This document shows, piece by piece, positions 25,373 through 32,939 of a DNA stretch of 49,876 nucleotides; positions within the stretch are counted from its first letter, which is position 1, and every line of letters starts with the position of its first letter. Made by a program: the position numbers and the translations under genes. Below the pieces are notes generated by a model. That model was given only the letters and a program-made list of their open reading frames with translations, did no database searches and was not told the origin of the DNA. The DNA is taken from IMG/VR virus record IMGVR_UViG_3300010429_000818; one strand, 5' to 3'. This DNA comes from a virus.

Positions 25373-26074
25373 ATGGACCGAGATTCTTTGATCGACACAA
25401 TCCAGCGGCTACTCGCGCTGAGCGGTAGCCCGAACGAACACGAGGCCAAGCTGGCGCTGGCCAAGGCCCAAGAGCTGATGCTCCGGCACAATCTTTCAAT
25501 GGCCGAAGTGCAGGCCGCCGACCTGCACGCGAAGGAATGGGTGGAAGAAGACGCATGGTCTGGCAAGCGCTCGCCTTGGGAGCAAGTCTTCGTTGCTAAT
25601 ATCATCGACAAATACTTCTTCGCGAAGTGCTCGACTTTGAAGCGACGGAGTAATGGAGAGACAACACTTACGCTTCGGTTCTTCGGCAACAAAGAGAACG
25701 TTGCCGTCGCCAAGCACGTCTTCGTGTACCTGAGCCGCACTTTCAGGGACTTGTGGGAGGGCTACCGTCGCGAAACGAAGTCGGGCAAGGGGCTGGCGCG
25801 GACCTTCTATCACGGCGTATGGGCCGGCTTCAAGCTCAAGCTGGACATTGAGCGTGCCGTGGAAGTCGCGACGGAGAAGTCAAAGAACGCGCTCGTTGTA
25901 ATCTCTGACGAGCTGGCTTCTGCTTTCGCGGACCACCACCCCGACCTGAAGTCAGAACGATGCACGAAGGTAAGGCACGATAGCCAAGCCTACAATGCCG
26001 GCTACCGCAAGGGGCAGGCAATTAAGCTGCACTCCGCAATCGAGGGTACGTCGCCACTGGCGATTACCGGCTAA
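25373..26074 (+). CDS. DUF2786-like protein
   Basis: The N-terminal IQRLLALSGSPNEHEAKLALAKAQELMLRHN matches the characteristic DUF2786 helix-pair motif, recognised from memory. cacctGGAG RBS. Confidence 0.55.
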   Translation: MDRDSLIDTIQRLLALSGSPNEHEAKLALAKAQELMLRHNLSMAEVQAADLHAKEWVEEDAWSGKRSPWEQVFVANIIDKYFFAKCSTLKRRSNGETTLTLRFFGNKENVAVAKHVFVYLSRTFRDLWEGYRRETKSGKGLARTFYHGVWAGFKLKLDIERAVEVATEKSKNALVVISDELASAFADHHPDLKSERCTKVRHDSQAYNAGYRKGQAIKLHSAIEGTSPLAITG

Positions 26075-26085
26075 TACTCCAGGTG

Positions 26086-26143
26086 AGCGCCCCGGCGGGC
26101 AGGGCCGGGGCGCTGCTTCTTCTCTTCTTCTCTCTCTTCTCTT
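26086..26143 (+). terminator. Intrinsic-terminator-like hairpin closing the early operon
   Basis: 11-bp stem AGCGCCCCGGC / GCCGGGGCGCT with loop gggcagg, followed by a T/C-rich tail (cttcttctcttcttctctctcttctctt). Confidence 0.6.
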
Positions 26144-26199
26144 ATCACCTAGGCCAAGCAACGTGAGACTGCGTTGAAGGGCCTGAACCAAGACGGCTC

Positions 26200-26598
26200 A
26201 TGCGACTCCTGCTATCTGAATCAGAGATACTATGCGCACTTCAATCATCGAAACGACGAGAAGACGGGCTAGTCGAACTGGACCTTCCGGATGGCAGGCT
26301 GGTATCTGATAGCAAGCCTGCCTTGCCGCCATTAGTCTTTCTCGATTCCGCGCATACCGTCCAGTGCGGTAAGCGCAGCGCGCGACTCTCTCCCAAGCAG
26401 TTCGCGCTGCTGAAGTGCGTCTACGAGCGCCAGAAAGTAAGCTACGAAGAGCTGCAAGACGCTGTCTGGAGGGAGAATGCATCCGATACCCTCATACGCA
26501 AGACTGCGTGCAATGCATCGTCAAAATTAGTACGCGCCGGCATCAACGCTGCTCTTTCCACTCGCAATAGCGCTGTGGAAATCGAGCCTCTTGGCTAA
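26200..26598 (+). CDS. Winged-helix (OmpR/PhoB C-terminal-type) DNA-binding protein without receiver domain
   Basis: The pattern RLSPKQFALLKCVYERQKVSYEELQDAVWRENASDTLIRKT matches the trans_reg_C signature (LT..EF.LL..L......V.S.E.L...VW). No clear RBS. Confidence 0.5.
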   Translation: MRLLLSESEILCALQSSKRREDGLVELDLPDGRLVSDSKPALPPLVFLDSAHTVQCGKRSARLSPKQFALLKCVYERQKVSYEELQDAVWRENASDTLIRKTACNASSKLVRAGINAALSTRNSAVEIEPLG

Positions 26599-26620
26599 GC
26601 GACGGTTTGTTACCGTTTCC

Positions 26621-26677
26621 GTTCACGGTTGTGAACGCACCTCCTGACAACAATGGATTTATCAATCATGTCCATTG
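26621..26677. promoter_or_regulatory. Two operator-like palindromes upstream of the Xis-like gene
   Basis: GTTCAC-ggtt-GTGAAC at 26621-26636 and CAATGGA-n13-TCCATTG at 26651-26677. Confidence 0.4.
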
Positions 26678-26698
26678 CACCTGTCTGGAGCGTATCTC

Positions 26699-26959
26699 AT
26701 GCAACTGCTGTCTCTGAAGCAAGTCGCTGAACGCCTCTCGATTTCCGAGACAAGCGTGAAGCGCATGGTGGCCAGCGGAGAGCTGCCATACATCAATGTC
26801 GGCGCATCTGACGGGTCGCTGCGGCCGCGCAAGCGGATTAGCGAAAGCGATCTGTTCGCGTTCCTGGAGAAGCGCCGAACGCAGAAGCCGGCCAGAACGG
26901 CTCCCGTTCGCCGTCGCCAACGAATCGCCAGCGCAATGGAGGCCGCCGCCAATGTGTAG
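26699..26959 (+). CDS. Excisionase/AlpA-type HTH (HTH_17-like) DNA-binding protein
   Basis: LSLKQVAERLSISETSVKRMVASGELPYINVG is the typical Xis/AlpA-family pattern. GGAG RBS before ATG 26699. Confidence 0.6.
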   Translation: MQLLSLKQVAERLSISETSVKRMVASGELPYINVGASDGSLRPRKRISESDLFAFLEKRRTQKPARTAPVRRRQRIASAMEAAANV

Positions 26960-27167
26960 CAGACGTGTATTCCTGATTACCGAGGATTCGGAGTACGAGA
27001 TCGGGACCGTCGATATGGTTCTCGACTCCGGCGAGGAAGACGAAGTCTCTTCGCGAGTGATCGGCGTACGGGCCGAGATTTGCCAAGCGATTCGCGACGT
27101 TGTAGGCGAACTCGAATTCGGCGACGGCTGCGAAGACCAACAGACAATCACCATTGAATTGAGGTAG
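26952..27167 (+). CDS. Small acidic hypothetical protein (71 aa)
   Basis: The ATG overlaps the upstream stop (ATGTGTAG). Acidic composition. Confidence 0.4.
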   Translation: MCSRRVFLITEDSEYEIGTVDMVLDSGEEDEVSSRVIGVRAEICQAIRDVVGELEFGDGCEDQQTITIELR

Positions 27168-27172
27168 GAACA

Positions 27173-27949
27173 GTGGCCTTCAATCTCGCATCAATCTCAA
27201 CTGGAGCTGGCCTTCGGCCGCCGCGAATCATTCTGCTGGGAGTCGAAAAGATCGGCAAGAGCACGTTCGCTGCCGGCGCAAACTCGCCTATCGTAATCCC
27301 GATCAAGGGCGAAGAGGGAGTGGACGCTCTGAACGTCCCGCAGTTCCCGACATGCCACTCGCTAAGCGACGTTGCCTCGTGCTTCAGCACGCTCAGGGGC
27401 GAGAAGCATGAATTCGGGACAATCGTAATCGACTCCGCCAGCGCACTTGAGCCCCTTGTGTGGGCCGACACCTGCGCTCAGTACAAGACCGACTCGATTG
27501 AAAAGGTCGGCGGCGGATACGGCAAGGGCTACACGGAGGCAATTTACAGGTGGCGCGCAATTACGGATTGGCTAGACACGCTCCGCGTCGAGCGAAACAT
27601 GGCCAGTATTCTGATCGGCCACGTCAAGGTGAAGCGGTTCGATGATCCGGCTGGCGACTCGTACGACCAGTACCAGTTCGATATCAACGACAAGGCCGCG
27701 AATCTGCTGTACCGCTGGGCAGATGTAATCCTGTTCGCGAACACGAAGGTCGTCGTGAAGAAAGAAGACACCGGCTTCAACAAGACCCACGCTCGCGGGG
27801 TCGATATCTCTGGCGGGGCGCGGTTCCTGTACACACAGAAGCGGCCGGCTCACCCGGGCGGAGGCCGAGGGGCCTTCGGTCGGCTCCCGTACGAGCTGCC
27901 GCTCTCGTGGGAATCCTTCATGGACGCCGTAGCAGGAGCCATTCCATGA
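27173..27949 (+). CDS. Sak4-like / AAA_24 RecA-fold ATPase (recombination mediator)
   Basis: Walker A-like LLGVEKIGKST, Walker B-like IVIDSAS, and the typical 250-aa size. It is followed by a DUF669-like gene, as in known Sak4 modules. Confidence 0.6.
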   Translation: MAFNLASISTGAGLRPPRIILLGVEKIGKSTFAAGANSPIVIPIKGEEGVDALNVPQFPTCHSLSDVASCFSTLRGEKHEFGTIVIDSASALEPLVWADTCAQYKTDSIEKVGGGYGKGYTEAIYRWRAITDWLDTLRVERNMASILIGHVKVKRFDDPAGDSYDQYQFDINDKAANLLYRWADVILFANTKVVVKKEDTGFNKTHARGVDISGGARFLYTQKRPAHPGGGRGAFGRLPYELPLSWESFMDAVAGAIP

Positions 27950-28194
27950 AAGTGACTCGACTACGGGCTTCCGGGGCCGAGGTGTTCTGCGAGCCGCAGC
28001 AATACAAGCGGCTCCGCAGCGATCGCGTCCGGCAGTGTGCAGGGTGCGGAAACAAGCTGGAGATCACGAAGTTCCCCAGGTACGTCAACGAGAACGGAGA
28101 GGAAACACGCAACGGAGAATGCAAGAAGTGCGTGAGCCGCAGAGTCGCGGCGCAGCGTAAGCGGCTGCGGGCGCTCAGGGCAGAAGTGTGTTGA
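27946..28194 (+). CDS. Small Zn-ribbon protein (82 aa)
   Basis: ATGA overlap with the upstream gene. CAGCGN...CKKC. Confidence 0.45.
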   Translation: MKVTRLRASGAEVFCEPQQYKRLRSDRVRQCAGCGNKLEITKFPRYVNENGEETRNGECKKCVSRRVAAQRKRLRALRAEVC

Positions 28195-28235
28195 TGATCT
28201 GAGTTTGGCAGTAACCATCACCCAGGAGAATCAGA

Positions 28236-28778
28236 ATGGCAGACCTTTCAGGATTGTTCGGCGGGGGATTCGACGCGACTCAAGTTGAGCCGCGAGCCGA
28301 CTACTCGGCGATGCCCGCCGGAGTCTACCCGGTCGTACTGGAGAAGACCGAGGGCAAGAACACGAAGAGCGGCCAAGGCTGGTACGTCGCGTTTACGTTC
28401 GTGATCGTGGACGGCAAGTTCAAGGGCAGGAAGCTGTGGGACAACGTGAACTTCTGCAATCCGAACGAGGATTGCGTGAAGATGGCCCACAAAACCCTCG
28501 GCGAAATGTGCCGCGCGATGGGCGTGAAGAAAGTCGAGCGTGACACCGACGAGCTGGTCGGGTTGACGTGCTTGGCCCGCGTGAAGGTCAGGGAAGACCG
28601 GAATGAGATCGCGGAATACCTCTCGTACGACCAGTGGGCGGCCAAGCAGGGCGAGCAGGCCAAGGCTCCGGCTGGCCCGGCAATGACTCCGCCGCAGAAC
28701 GAGACGGCTCCGCCGGCCGCGACAGCGGCTCCGCCAACCGCGCCGGCTGCCGGCTTCACCCCGCCGTGGAAGAAGTAG
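28236..28778 (+). CDS. DUF669-like protein (phage SSB-type partner of Sak4)
   Basis: AGGAG RBS. It has the N-terminal pattern typical of DUF669 (G.Y.V.....E...TKSG...) and a Pro/Ala-rich C-terminal tail. Confidence 0.5.
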   Translation: MADLSGLFGGGFDATQVEPRADYSAMPAGVYPVVLEKTEGKNTKSGQGWYVAFTFVIVDGKFKGRKLWDNVNFCNPNEDCVKMAHKTLGEMCRAMGVKKVERDTDELVGLTCLARVKVREDRNEIAEYLSYDQWAAKQGEQAKAPAGPAMTPPQNETAPPAATAAPPTAPAAGFTPPWKK

Positions 28779-28931
28779 TTCCCCTTAGCGCTCGCACGGA
28801 CGTGAGCGAGATCCGCTCTCTTCGAGTGGCGTCGATAGGCAGGGAGGGGCGCGCATTAACGCCCTACGTCACGCCCTGCTGACACGAGAGCGGACTTCGC
28901 CCGCGTCCCTGTAACCCACAATGAGGCACCC

Positions 28932-29183
28932 ATGAACATGCAGATCATCCTGAGCCGACGCAACCTTCTTGCAATGCTTCACAAGCTCGAAATGCCGGGA
29001 AGCTCACGCACGATCGTCAAGCCGGTACTCGGCGGGAACGTGTGCATCTCGGTCGAGACCGACAAAGAGCACTACGAAGACCGCAAGCGGGGGCCCGGGC
29101 TCATGCACCCCGAAACAGAAGCGTTCATCAGCGAAGTCGGCGCGATCCTGGACGCAAGGAAATTTCGCACGTTCGGTTGTTGA
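28932..29183 (+). CDS. Hypothetical protein (83 aa)
   Basis: GAGG RBS and protein-like composition. Confidence 0.45.
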   Translation: MNMQIILSRRNLLAMLHKLEMPGSSRTIVKPVLGGNVCISVETDKEHYEDRKRGPGLMHPETEAFISEVGAILDARKFRTFGC

Positions 29184-29197
29184 GTGACACCTCATTA

Positions 29198-29267
29198 GCG
29201 GCGGAAGCTGGCTGCAAACGGCCCGATTGCGACCGTTGTGCTGCGGGTTCGACTCCCGCCCGCCGCG
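29198..29267 (+). tRNA. tRNA-like minihelix element (atypical or degenerate tRNA)
   Basis: Perfect 7-bp acceptor stem GCGGCGG / CCGCCGC and a canonical T-arm GCGGG TTCGACT CCCGC. The 36-nt core contains CTGCAAA, a Cys-type anticodon-loop sequence, but I cannot fold it into standard D and anticodon arms. It lies in a 101-nt intergenic gap. Confidence 0.4.
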
Positions 29268-29284
29268 TGCAACTTAGGTGAATC

Positions 29285-29491
29285 ATGGGCTGGCTTGGCA
29301 ACATCTTGATCCTCACTGGCGCTTGGAACATCGGGCGCAAGCGCCGGTGGGGTTTTCTGCTCGCGATCTGCGGGAGCGCCTGCTGGATCACGCAGGGGCT
29401 CATGACCGGGCAGGCCGACCTGGCTTTTATCGAGACCGCAATGTCGGCCGTGGCAATTCGCAACTTCATTTTATGGGGCAAACATGCGTAG
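29285..29491 (+). CDS. Small membrane protein (2 predicted TM helices)
   Basis: 68 aa with hydrophobic stretches WLGNILILTGAW and WGFLLAICGSACWI. AGGTG RBS. Confidence 0.45.
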   Translation: MGWLGNILILTGAWNIGRKRRWGFLLAICGSACWITQGLMTGQADLAFIETAMSAVAIRNFILWGKHA

Positions 29492-29594
29492 CGTCCTTTT
29501 CGGCGTAGCACTGGCAGTGGCAGTTGCGCTGCTGACCTTATTCCTGTCTGTGCTCGCAATACTCACAACAGCACTAAGAGGCATCCAACCGTGA
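29484..29594 (+). CDS. Possible 36-aa single-TM peptide
   Basis: MRSVLFGVALAVAVALLTLFLSVLAILTTALRGIQP. It overlaps both neighbours (ATGCGTAG and GTGA). Not in the ORF track because it is short. Confidence 0.3.
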   Translation: MRSVLFGVALAVAVALLTLFLSVLAILTTALRGIQP

Positions 29595-29998
29595 CCGACA
29601 CTCAACGAATGCTCATTCTCATGGAGCTGGCCAGCGAACTGGCCTTACGCAAGCTCGCCGAAGATGAGGCTAAGGCTCTGCGAATCGAAACCGAAGAGCG
29701 GATCGCTGAGCTGATCCCCGGCCCGGAGAAGGGCGCAAAGACCGTCACGCTGAAGGACGGCCGCAAGATCACGGTCGAGCGCGGCTTCAACTACAAGGCC
29801 GACTGCAATGCGATTGAATCGCTTTTCGCCAGCGAGGGCGAGACCCGCTTCGCGCCGGTCAAGACGAAGACGACGCGCGAACTGGACCCGACCGGGTATC
29901 ACTGGTACGAGACCAATGACCCGGACACGTTCAAGCTCCTGGCTCAGCACGTCACCGTGACCCCGAAGAAGACCTCCGTCGCACTGAAGGTGAAGTAG
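29591..29998 (+). CDS. Hypothetical protein of the recombination module (135 aa)
   Basis: GTG start with an AGAGG RBS, translationally coupled to the nuclease gene. Confidence 0.45.
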   Translation: MTDTQRMLILMELASELALRKLAEDEAKALRIETEERIAELIPGPEKGAKTVTLKDGRKITVERGFNYKADCNAIESLFASEGETRFAPVKTKTTRELDPTGYHWYETNDPDTFKLLAQHVTVTPKKTSVALKVK

Positions 29999-31320
29999 TG
30001 GCTGATATCACGCATTGCATTCCGAAAGAGACCGAAACCGTAAAGCGGATCTACGACCACTATAAACGCGAGGGCGATTCCGAGCGCCCTCGCGGCTACC
30101 TGGGTGCGTCGATCATCGGGCATCCATGCGAGCGGTATCTGTGGTACACGTTCCGCTTCTGCTGCCGACCGGAATTCGACGGCCGCATGTACCGGCTATT
30201 CGAGACCGGCGACCTGGAGGAAATCCGCTTCGTGAAGGATCTTCGCGCCATCGGTTGCACGGTCCATGAAGTGGACGATACCGGACATCAGTTCGCAATC
30301 TCTGACCACGGCGGCCATTTCTCTGGCCACCTGGACGGTGCCCTGCTTGGCGTTCCAGAAGCCCCGAAGACCTGGCATGTCGGGGAGTTTAAGACGCATA
30401 GCGCGAAGTCGTTCGCGAAGCTGAAGGTCGAGGGCGTCAAGAAGTCCAAGCCTCAGCATTACGCCCAGATGATGGTTTACATGCACAAGACCGGCATGAA
30501 GCGGGCGCTGTACCTGGCACGCAACAAGGACACGGACGAGCTGTACAGTGAGCGGATTCGGTACGACAAGGACGAGGCCGAGGCCCTGATGGCGCGGGCC
30601 CAGCGGATCATCACCAGTACGACTCCGCCGGCAAAGCTCAGCGATCGGCCGGATTGGTGGGAGTGCCGCTATTGCGATGCACGCAACCTCTGCCACGGCA
30701 ATCACGATGGACCGGCGCTGCCGGTGCCAGAGATCAACTGCCGGCAATGTTGCCACGCAACGCCGTGCATGGACGGCCAGGCCCGCTGGCAGTGCGAGAA
30801 GCACGGCCGCAGCTTGTCTCCGGAAGACCAGTCCCGCGCCTGCTGGGATCACCTGTGCCTTCCCGGACTAATCTCGTTCGCGGAGCCTACCGACTACAAG
30901 AGCGAAGATGGGAAGGACGCTATCGAATTCACCTGCGCGAACGGCAGTAAGTTCCTGCACGGCCGGGGGCATTACTCCACGCAAGAGTTGACGAAGCTGC
31001 CAGCCAGAACGTTACTCAACCCAATGGTCGCGGCTGTGAAGCAGGGTCTCGGGGCTACGGTCACGAGCTACTGTGCCGACGATATCCTGCACCGCTACCC
31101 CGAGAGCGATAGCCGGATCATTTGGAAAGGACCAGCAGCGAAGCTGGGTTCGACCTGGCTAGGCGAGTACGGCGAAGAGCTGTCGGATATCGCGCCGATA
31201 GCGCGGTGCGACTGCGAAGAATACGCGGCGGCGGAATTCATAAACAGCCGCGTAGCGATCTTCTGGAAGAACAGGCCGGTCGGTTCCGATAACTGCGAGA
31301 TCCGGGAGGGCATCTCGTGA
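29998..31320 (+). CDS. PD-(D/E)XK (Cas4/exonuclease-like) nuclease with Cys-rich C-terminal extension
   Basis: Core motif GHLDGALLG...HVGEFKTH (D...E.K), Cys cluster WWECRYCDARNLC, then about 200 further residues with CRQCCHATPC...WQCEKHG. Confidence 0.6.
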   Translation: MADITHCIPKETETVKRIYDHYKREGDSERPRGYLGASIIGHPCERYLWYTFRFCCRPEFDGRMYRLFETGDLEEIRFVKDLRAIGCTVHEVDDTGHQFAISDHGGHFSGHLDGALLGVPEAPKTWHVGEFKTHSAKSFAKLKVEGVKKSKPQHYAQMMVYMHKTGMKRALYLARNKDTDELYSERIRYDKDEAEALMARAQRIITSTTPPAKLSDRPDWWECRYCDARNLCHGNHDGPALPVPEINCRQCCHATPCMDGQARWQCEKHGRSLSPEDQSRACWDHLCLPGLISFAEPTDYKSEDGKDAIEFTCANGSKFLHGRGHYSTQELTKLPARTLLNPMVAAVKQGLGATVTSYCADDILHRYPESDSRIIWKGPAAKLGSTWLGEYGEELSDIAPIARCDCEEYAAAEFINSRVAIFWKNRPVGSDNCEIREGIS

Positions 31321-32939
31321 GCTTCATCCTTCGCCAGTACCAGACCGAAGCAATCGACGCGCTGCATAAGTACGTCTGCACGAGGGACGGCAATCCGTGC
31401 GTAGTGCTCCCAACTGGCGCGGGGAAGAGCGTCGTCATGGCCGGCGCGATACAGAAATGGAAGGCCGAGCACCCTCCGCTACGCGCTTGCGTGCTCGCTC
31501 ACCGCAAGGAGCTGGTGGAGCAGAATGCCGAGAAGCTGCTGGCTATCTATCCGGAGTGCGGGATCGGACTGTTCTCGGCTGCCCTGCGCCGCCGCGACTA
31601 CGACGCGCCGATCCTGTTCGCGTCGATTGATTCGGTCTACAAGAAGGCCGGCGAGTTTGCTCCGTTCGATCTTCTGTTTGTCGATGAAGCACACAGGATT
31701 CCCCCGGCCGGCGAGGGGAAGTACCGCAAGTTCATTACTGAATGCAAGAGATTCAACCCCAGCCTTCGCGTTGTTGGCTGGACCGCGACCCCGTACCGCA
31801 TGGGCTGCGGTGCGATATGCCACAAGGACCACATACTAAATGAGGTTTGTTATGAAGCGCACATTTCTGATCTGATTCGCGACGGCTACTTGTGCAGCCT
31901 CCGGTCTAAGGTCGGTGTCACGAGGCCCGACCTGACCGGGGTTAAACGCAATAGCGGCGGAGATTACATCACCAACTCCCTGGCTAAGGCGACGAACAAC
32001 GGGGATATCGTTTCCTCCGCCATCGCTGAGGCTATGCGAATTATCTTGGCCGAGAACCGCAAGACAGCCGTGTTCTTCTGCGTTGACGTGGAGCATTGCG
32101 TCAGGGTCTCCCAGGAGCTTCGCAAGCATGGGGTCGTCGCGCCGTTCGTCACCGCGCAGACGAAGCAAGATGACCGCGACCAGATGGTTCGCGATTTCAA
32201 GGCGAACAAGATCCGCGCGGTCTGTAACGTGAACGTACTAACCGAGGGATTCGACGCGCCGCATATCGACGTGATCGTGCTCTTGCGACCGACACTCTCC
32301 GCTGGGCTATACGCGCAGATGGTTGGGCGCGGGCTGCGGTTGCATAGCAGCAAGACCGACTGCCTCGTGCTCGACTTCGCCGGCTGTATTGACGAGCACG
32401 GCCCGCTCGACATGCTTGGCCGCGAGAAGGTCGCGCAAGTTGTGTGTGAAGAATGTCGGGAGACATTCTCCAAGGCCGTTCGGGTTTGCCCGCAATGCGG
32501 CTGGGAGGTGCCGAAGCGGCTGGTCGATCGGGCTGAGGCCGAAGAGCGAGAGAAGCGGCTTCACGGAATCGCGCCATCTGAAAAGTCAATCTTGTCTGGC
32601 CTGCCAGAGACTATCGCCGTCGATTCGGTGTTCGTCTCGCGGCATGTCAAGCCGGGGTCGCCGGACTCCATCAAGGTCCAGTACCGCTGCGGACTGTCCG
32701 TGTTCCGCGAGTGGGTCTGTCTGGATCACCCCGGCTACCCCGGCCAGGCCGCCAGACTGTGGTGGCACGCAAGGATAGGCGGGAAGGTTCCGACCGTCAA
32801 CGAAGCGCTGGGCAGTCTTTTCCTGTCGCAGCAGTTACTCGAATGGACGAAGACGATCACCGTCAAGAAGAACGGAAAGTATTACGAAGTCATCGGCTAC
32901 AACAGGCCGCTGCCGAAACAACAGGAAGCACTATGCTAG
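31317..32939 (+). CDS. SF2 DEAH-box DNA helicase with C-terminal Zn-ribbon
   Basis: Walker A LPTGAGKS, motif II VDEAHR, motif III TATP, motif VI QMVGRGLR. Zn-ribbon CEECRE...CPQCGW. Confidence 0.8.
   Translation: MSFILRQYQTEAIDALHKYVCTRDGNPCVVLPTGAGKSVVMAGAIQKWKAEHPPLRACVLAHRKELVEQNAEKLLAIYPECGIGLFSAALRRRDYDAPILFASIDSVYKKAGEFAPFDLLFVDEAHRIPPAGEGKYRKFITECKRFNPSLRVVGWTATPYRMGCGAICHKDHILNEVCYEAHISDLIRDGYLCSLRSKVGVTRPDLTGVKRNSGGDYITNSLAKATNNGDIVSSAIAEAMRIILAENRKTAVFFCVDVEHCVRVSQELRKHGVVAPFVTAQTKQDDRDQMVRDFKANKIRAVCNVNVLTEGFDAPHIDVIVLLRPTLSAGLYAQMVGRGLRLHSSKTDCLVLDFAGCIDEHGPLDMLGREKVAQVVCEECRETFSKAVRVCPQCGWEVPKRLVDRAEAEEREKRLHGIAPSEKSILSGLPETIAVDSVFVSRHVKPGSPDSIKVQYRCGLSVFREWVCLDHPGYPGQAARLWWHARIGGKVPTVNEALGSLFLSQQLLEWTKTITVKKNGKYYEVIGYNRPLPKQQEALC

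Noticed and set aside
32711-32932. 74-aa upstream extension of the PrimPol ORF
   Set aside because: It lies inside the helicase gene in another frame. The PrimPol domain starts at MLEHALKYAALGWKIFPL, with an ATGCTAG overlap.
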